DNA of 20,000 nucleotides, from IMG/VR virus record IMGVR_UViG_3300020207_000019, one strand, 5' to 3'. The translations under genes and the position numbers were made by a program. This document shows, piece after piece, positions 15,713 to 20,000 of this stretch (position 1 is the first letter of the stretch; every line of letters begins with the position of its first letter). Under the pieces are notes generated by a model. The model searched no databases, was not told where the DNA came from, and worked only from the letters and a program-made list of their open reading frames with translations. Source of the DNA: an uncultured virus (IMG/VR IMGVR_UViG_3300020207_000019). Its lineage: Duplodnaviria; Heunggongvirae; Uroviricota; Caudoviricetes.

Positions 15713-17344
15713 TTAGAAAGTTGAGGGTGGATACCTATCAGACAACCCACTGTTTGACCACATATCTCCCGAATCAATCTCAACCTCTTCTTTCCGACCA
15801 TCATCAAAAACTCCAACGGGTGTTAGTTCTTCATCAATTAACATATTCTGTTCTTTGAGTAGTTGTTTTCTTACATCAACATCTGTTTCATCTTTGAACA
15901 TTTGTTGTGCAGTTAGCCAACCAAATAAAACTAAACCCATTACTAAATCGTCATGATTGCCTTCTTCCGCTTCGTAACTATCTCTAAATCTTGTGAATGT
16001 ATTTAACTCAGCAATCGTATCAAAATCATTGATGATAAGTTTATCATTTTCCACTAATGTTTTTAAGTTAGCACACCCTATTTTTTTAACCGACTTTGTT
16101 GTTTTAATACCAAAGTTTGAGTTTCTTTTAAAACCACCAGATATTGTTTGGCCTTTTATATGGTGATGGTCTAACTTATAAATGTTTTCATACTCTAAAT
16201 CATAATGTAAAGTATCAACTACCTGTTGGCCAATGTTATTTGTTTCAATTAAAGCATACGCCTCGTTATACATTGTACCTATTTTATAGATTATCGTTGG
16301 GAAAAACATCAACGGTAATTGATTACTACGATATTTAGCCACCTGTCTGTATGGCGTTTCTGTGACATCGACCACATTTATGGCTGAATAATCTAAATTG
16401 ACACCTTCAGCACAATCAACAGACGCTATATACAGATGACCTTTTTGGGGTTCTTCATAGATATCCAGTCCTTCATCAGTTCGAACTGGATTTCTAAACG
16501 CTAAACTTCTTAACTTCACTCCAGAGATGAGTGTAGCAGAAGAACCTACAAATTCTGTTTCAAACTCAACACGAAACTGTTCTTCACTTGTATTTCGTAT
16601 GGTTTCTTCTTTCCACTTTTCATCTCTACCTGGTACATCAGACCAAAGAATCTCAAGTGGTTTGTAAAGTGAGCGACCTTCTTCCGCATCAACCCACATT
16701 TTATAAAATAAATTTAATCCGTTTGGTGTTGATACAATAATAACTTTAGTGGTTTGACCAGATGATATAACAGGATATGTTGATTGAAAAAAGTCCAACG
16801 CCATATTGTGTTGAACGAAAGCAAACTCATCCAAAAATATCAAATTGTATGAACCACCTCGAACACCTGAAGCGGATGTTGCATACGCAAATACTTTAGA
16901 ACCATTTTCTAGTTCTATGTTACCTTTATTCCAAATTACAATACCTTGTTGTAACCATAAAGGCAAATACTCATAGGCCTTTTGTAATCGACCTAAAATT
17001 TCTCTTGCTAATGCACCTTTGTTGGCAAGAATACCAACCGTGTATTCTTCATTAAACAACACACACCAAAGCATATAACCCACCGATGTTGTTGTTTTAC
17101 CACACTGTCGTGGCATTTTAGCAATATTAAATCTATTTTCGTGGAATGATTTGACCATTTCCTCTTGAAACGGCCACATATCAAAAGGTATCAAACCTTT
17201 ATCCACATTAACAATTTGAACATAGTTTTTAATAAAATATACGGGGTCATGCTGACATTTAATTATTTCTTCTACTTGTTCAGCTGTATATGTTATTTCA
17301 ACGCCAACTCTTTTGAGCCGGTCATTTCCAAGATAGCCTTCCAT
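15713..17344 (-). CDS. 17: Terminase large subunit (T4 gp17)
   Basis: Walker A PRQCGKTT, Walker B LIFLDEFAF, coupling motif STPNG, nuclease motifs DCAEGVNLDYS and HDDLVM. Confidence 0.97.
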   Translation of the reverse strand: MEGYLGNDRLKRVGVEITYTAEQVEEIIKCQHDPVYFIKNYVQIVNVDKGLIPFDMWPFQEEMVKSFHENRFNIAKMPRQCGKTTTSVGYMLWCVLFNEEYTVGILANKGALAREILGRLQKAYEYLPLWLQQGIVIWNKGNIELENGSKVFAYATSASGVRGGSYNLIFLDEFAFVQHNMALDFFQSTYPVISSGQTTKVIIVSTPNGLNLFYKMWVDAEEGRSLYKPLEILWSDVPGRDEKWKEETIRNTSEEQFRVEFETEFVGSSATLISGVKLRSLAFRNPVRTDEGLDIYEEPQKGHLYIASVDCAEGVNLDYSAINVVDVTETPYRQVAKYRSNQLPLMFFPTIIYKIGTMYNEAYALIETNNIGQQVVDTLHYDLEYENIYKLDHHHIKGQTISGGFKRNSNFGIKTTKSVKKIGCANLKTLVENDKLIINDFDTIAELNTFTRFRDSYEAEEGNHDDLVMGLVLFGWLTAQQMFKDETDVDVRKQLLKEQNMLIDEELTPVGVFDDGRKEEVEIDSGDMWSNSGLSDRYPPSTF

Positions 17345-17347
17345 ATC

Positions 17348-17782
17348 TTATTTTGAGATACTACGAAGCATCCAACCTAGTTTTTTATGTTTGTCTATTC
17401 TATCTTGTAAAAAGTTTGAAAGACCAATCTGTTCAAATTGGTTTGCAAGTTTATCACACAATTCTAATGTTTTGATTACCTTGTCATTATCACCAGCTAA
17501 TTCATTAGCCATAGCAACACCATCTAATCTTTCAGGCTGTTCTTCTATTTCAGTCATATCTAAAAACTCAGCCATTGTACCTGGTGCATAAGCATCTAAT
17601 GCTCGTATTTGTTCAGCAATAACATCAACAGCACCATGTAAATCTTCATACACATTACCATAGAATTCATGGTATTGTGGAAAATTAGAGCCTTCTACAT
17701 TCCAATGAAAATTATGTGACTTAAGATAGAATGTAAATGTATCTGCTAATACTTTTTTAAGTAAATTAATTAAAGTTTCCAT
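17348..17782 (-). CDS. dps: Dps family mini-ferritin (DNA protection during starvation)
   Basis: HNFHWNVEG.NF...HE.Y and D.IAEQIRAL ferroxidase signatures; C-terminal HKK..WML; 144 aa. Confidence 0.93.
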   Translation of the reverse strand: METLINLLKKVLADTFTFYLKSHNFHWNVEGSNFPQYHEFYGNVYEDLHGAVDVIAEQIRALDAYAPGTMAEFLDMTEIEEQPERLDGVAMANELAGDNDKVIKTLELCDKLANQFEQIGLSNFLQDRIDKHKKLGWMLRSISK

Positions 17783-17790
17783 AATAATAT

Positions 17791-18225
17791 TTATTCTTCC
17801 TGTTTATTCTTCAAAAATTTAACAAGTTCTGTTGTAGATCCTACAAAAACAGCCTTGTCGATGTTCATATTTTTTGTATTTCCTACACTATTATTGTTAT
17901 CTTGTGTTAAATCTTTACGGGTTTTTTGTATATTAAGCAAATCTTTGTTAGAATCTGCAAGATTTTTAATCATTGTTGCAGCTACTTCATACGCTCGTGG
18001 GTGTTCAGATTCTCTTGCTACTTGTAAAAGATTATCTAAAGCTACATTACCCTTTGTTATAAGATTCTTTATGTTACCACGAGCAAATTCTGTATCTTGT
18101 TCCGCAACATCTTCGACAGGAACGATTTCTTTTTTTTCTTCAACAACAGGTAAAGTTTCTAATACTTCTTCTTTATCGTTCTCTACATTAAATACTTCTG
18201 ATAATTTTTCTTCTGTTTTACTCAT
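17791..18225 (-). CDS. 16: Terminase small subunit (T4 gp16)
   Basis: D.EFARGN, ARESEHPRAYEVAATMIK, AVFVGSTTELVKFLK. Start MSKTEE coupled to the gp15 stop (TAATG). Confidence 0.93.
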   Translation of the reverse strand: MSKTEEKLSEVFNVENDKEEVLETLPVVEEKKEIVPVEDVAEQDTEFARGNIKNLITKGNVALDNLLQVARESEHPRAYEVAATMIKNLADSNKDLLNIQKTRKDLTQDNNNSVGNTKNMNIDKAVFVGSTTELVKFLKNKQEE

Positions 18226-19235
18226 TATGTAAATGGCCATTCTGTAATTGTTTCACTGAATCCAAAGTCATCGTTTGCATTAGCAGATGTTGGATCCGGT
18301 GTTGTTATAATAATAACCGTTTTTAACGGCTCACTATCAACACTTGACACATTGTAGCTTGCATTTGATGATGCACCCACAATGATATCATTCGCTTTTA
18401 ATAAACTATTTAGATTATTCACCACAACAATACCGGTGTTTGAATTACTAAAGTATGCTAAGTCTCCGGTAATATCTCTACTTTCACCCGTTGTCGTTGT
18501 TGTTACAAATATGGTTTCTTCATCATCAAAATATCCAGAACCGTTTGTATAATCAACATAAACTTTTTGTGATGTTCTACTAGCGGTCTCAATATACAGA
18601 TTGGTATTTGCTTGGCGAATATATTTACCTTCTTTGACTGGAGGCCATATGTAGCCTTTTGCAGTAAAGTTTAAATCCCAAACAATCAATCTTGTTGAAG
18701 AACCATCACCTTCATATTCTACACTTGGTGTTACTGAATTTAATATAACAGGCATATCATAATGTTGGTCCATTGTTGGAACAAAATCAACAGTTACATT
18801 AAAATCAGGTGTAAAGAATGGTAATATTTGTTCTAATATTTGAGTGCCATCTTCTTGGTTTCTTACAAAAATAGATAAAGAAAATTCAAAGTTATATGGT
18901 ATTGGAACATATTGTGTTTTAATTGCAGTATTTGTATTAGCAGAAAAGTTTTGTAATGTTGATAATTGTTTTCGACTTGCATCATAGTCCATACCTGTTA
19001 AATCAAATGATATACGAGGCACAACAGTTTGAACTGATTTGGTAAAATCTGGATTGGATGTAATTAGTGTAATATATTTTTCTTTTGCACCATAAGATAA
19101 TGGAACTTTCCAAGATTCTTTTGATGCACTACCATCAGCTGTATATCTTTTTAAAACAATGTCATTAAACATTGTACCAAAAGCTACAATGACTTTTCGT
19201 ATTGTTCGATTATAAAAATGAGAATTACCTAACAT
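18225..19235 (-). CDS. 15: Tail sheath stabiliser / tail terminator (T4 gp15)
   Basis: HFYNRTIRKVIVAFGTMFNDI, VPLSYGAKEKY, PRISF, QILEQILPFFTPDF, FTAKGYIWPP, C-terminal DDFGFSE. Confidence 0.94.
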   Translation of the reverse strand: MLGNSHFYNRTIRKVIVAFGTMFNDIVLKRYTADGSASKESWKVPLSYGAKEKYITLITSNPDFTKSVQTVVPRISFDLTGMDYDASRKQLSTLQNFSANTNTAIKTQYVPIPYNFEFSLSIFVRNQEDGTQILEQILPFFTPDFNVTVDFVPTMDQHYDMPVILNSVTPSVEYEGDGSSTRLIVWDLNFTAKGYIWPPVKEGKYIRQANTNLYIETASRTSQKVYVDYTNGSGYFDDEETIFVTTTTTGESRDITGDLAYFSNSNTGIVVVNNLNSLLKANDIIVGASSNASYNVSSVDSEPLKTVIIITTPDPTSANANDDFGFSETITEWPFT

Positions 19236-19999
19236 TATGCTTCACCAAATGGGTTTGATTCCGTAAAATCAATGATTGAATCAGATTCACTTTCAATCCT
19301 TACATTGTCCTGAATATCTTCAAATGCTGAATTCATATAAGCAGAATCATTAACGGTATTAATTGTTGCAATGGAAGACGATGTATTTCCAATAACATTT
19401 CCTGATGCAAAGGTTCCTTGAACCCGAATAATATCAATGTGAGAGTTTGGAACAAAATCCCAAACAACAGCTTGTGCTGTTGAAGATGCTAAGTTAGCGC
19501 CTTGATAAACAATTTCATCATTGACAAACTTACCAGAGTGCATTGTTGATATTGCAATTTTTGTTCTTGGATAATGGTCTCTAATATCATTGTCAATTTC
19601 AGCTACACCAGTTTCAATTAGCTCATTAGAGAATACGAACTGTTTCAGCTTGAGTGCATAAAGATAAACATTTGAACCACGACCACGACCTAATGTGTGA
19701 AACATAGCTTGATTGTTTTCATGCTCAACAAAAGTAATTTCAAAAAAGTTTTTAACCAAAGGAACATAAATTAAATCACCCTCATTTGGTCTTGTTTGGG
19801 AAGCGTTAGATTGAAATCTTCTACGAGAAACCAATAAGGTAATTTCATCTCGTATCTCTAAACCAAACTTTGATATGAAATCACCTTCACCATCCATACC
19901 AGTAACATTTTCCAAATACATCTCAAGCGGAATAGCAGAGATATATTGTTTAAGTGGGTCTTCACCATAAAGGTAATCGACCTCATCTCTTGTTGTTCT
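19235..19999 (-). CDS. 14: Neck protein (T4 gp14); 5' end outside the window
   Basis: Frame stays open to the window edge (RTTRDEVDYLYGEDPLKQYISAIPLEMY); SKFGLEIRDE, RPNEGDLIYVP, FEITFVEHE, DFTESNPFGE. Confidence 0.93.
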   Translation of the reverse strand, partial: RTTRDEVDYLYGEDPLKQYISAIPLEMYLENVTGMDGEGDFISKFGLEIRDEITLLVSRRRFQSNASQTRPNEGDLIYVPLVKNFFEITFVEHENNQAMFHTLGRGRGSNVYLYALKLKQFVFSNELIETGVAEIDNDIRDHYPRTKIAISTMHSGKFVNDEIVYQGANLASSTAQAVVWDFVPNSHIDIIRVQGTFASGNVIGNTSSSIATINTVNDSAYMNSAFEDIQDNVRIESESDSIIDFTESNPFGEA

Positions 20000-20000
20000 T

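Noticed and set aside
1..20000. Introns, inteins, homing endonucleases, tRNAs, CRISPR arrays, tandem repeats or stop-codon recoding
   Set aside because: Core genes are uninterrupted and of normal length, intergenic gaps are about 110 nt or less and explained by promoters and terminators, and TAA, TAG and TGA all serve as stops.

Overview
AT-rich window from a T4-like myophage (Straboviridae/Kyanoviridae-type gene order). All supported genes lie on the minus strand. In transcription order (right to left): neck gp14 (partial), gp15, terminase small subunit gp16, an inserted Dps mini-ferritin, terminase large subunit gp17, sheath gp18, tube gp19, portal gp20, prohead-core cluster (gp67-like, a 249-aa probable internal protein, gp68, a 73-aa unknown), protease gp21, scaffold gp22, major capsid gp23, gp3, uvsY, uvsW, an Sm-like protein, a Cys-His-Asp (YunG-like) protein, late sigma gp55, two small ORFs missed by the ORF track (a 46-aa lipoprotein and a 54-aa DUF465-like protein), gp47 and gp46 (partial). 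T4-type late promoters (TATAAATA and variants), two intrinsic terminators and two sigma70 promoters are visible. Most notable: a perfect TTGACA-N17-TATAAT promoter firing antisense just upstream of gp55, convergent with the uvsY promoter; dps splitting the terminase pair; a hairpin that could occlude the uvsY RBS only on read-through RNA; and the unannotated lipoprotein. Gene identities come from recalled motifs and synteny, not database searches. Host unknown, probably Gram-negative/proteobacterial.
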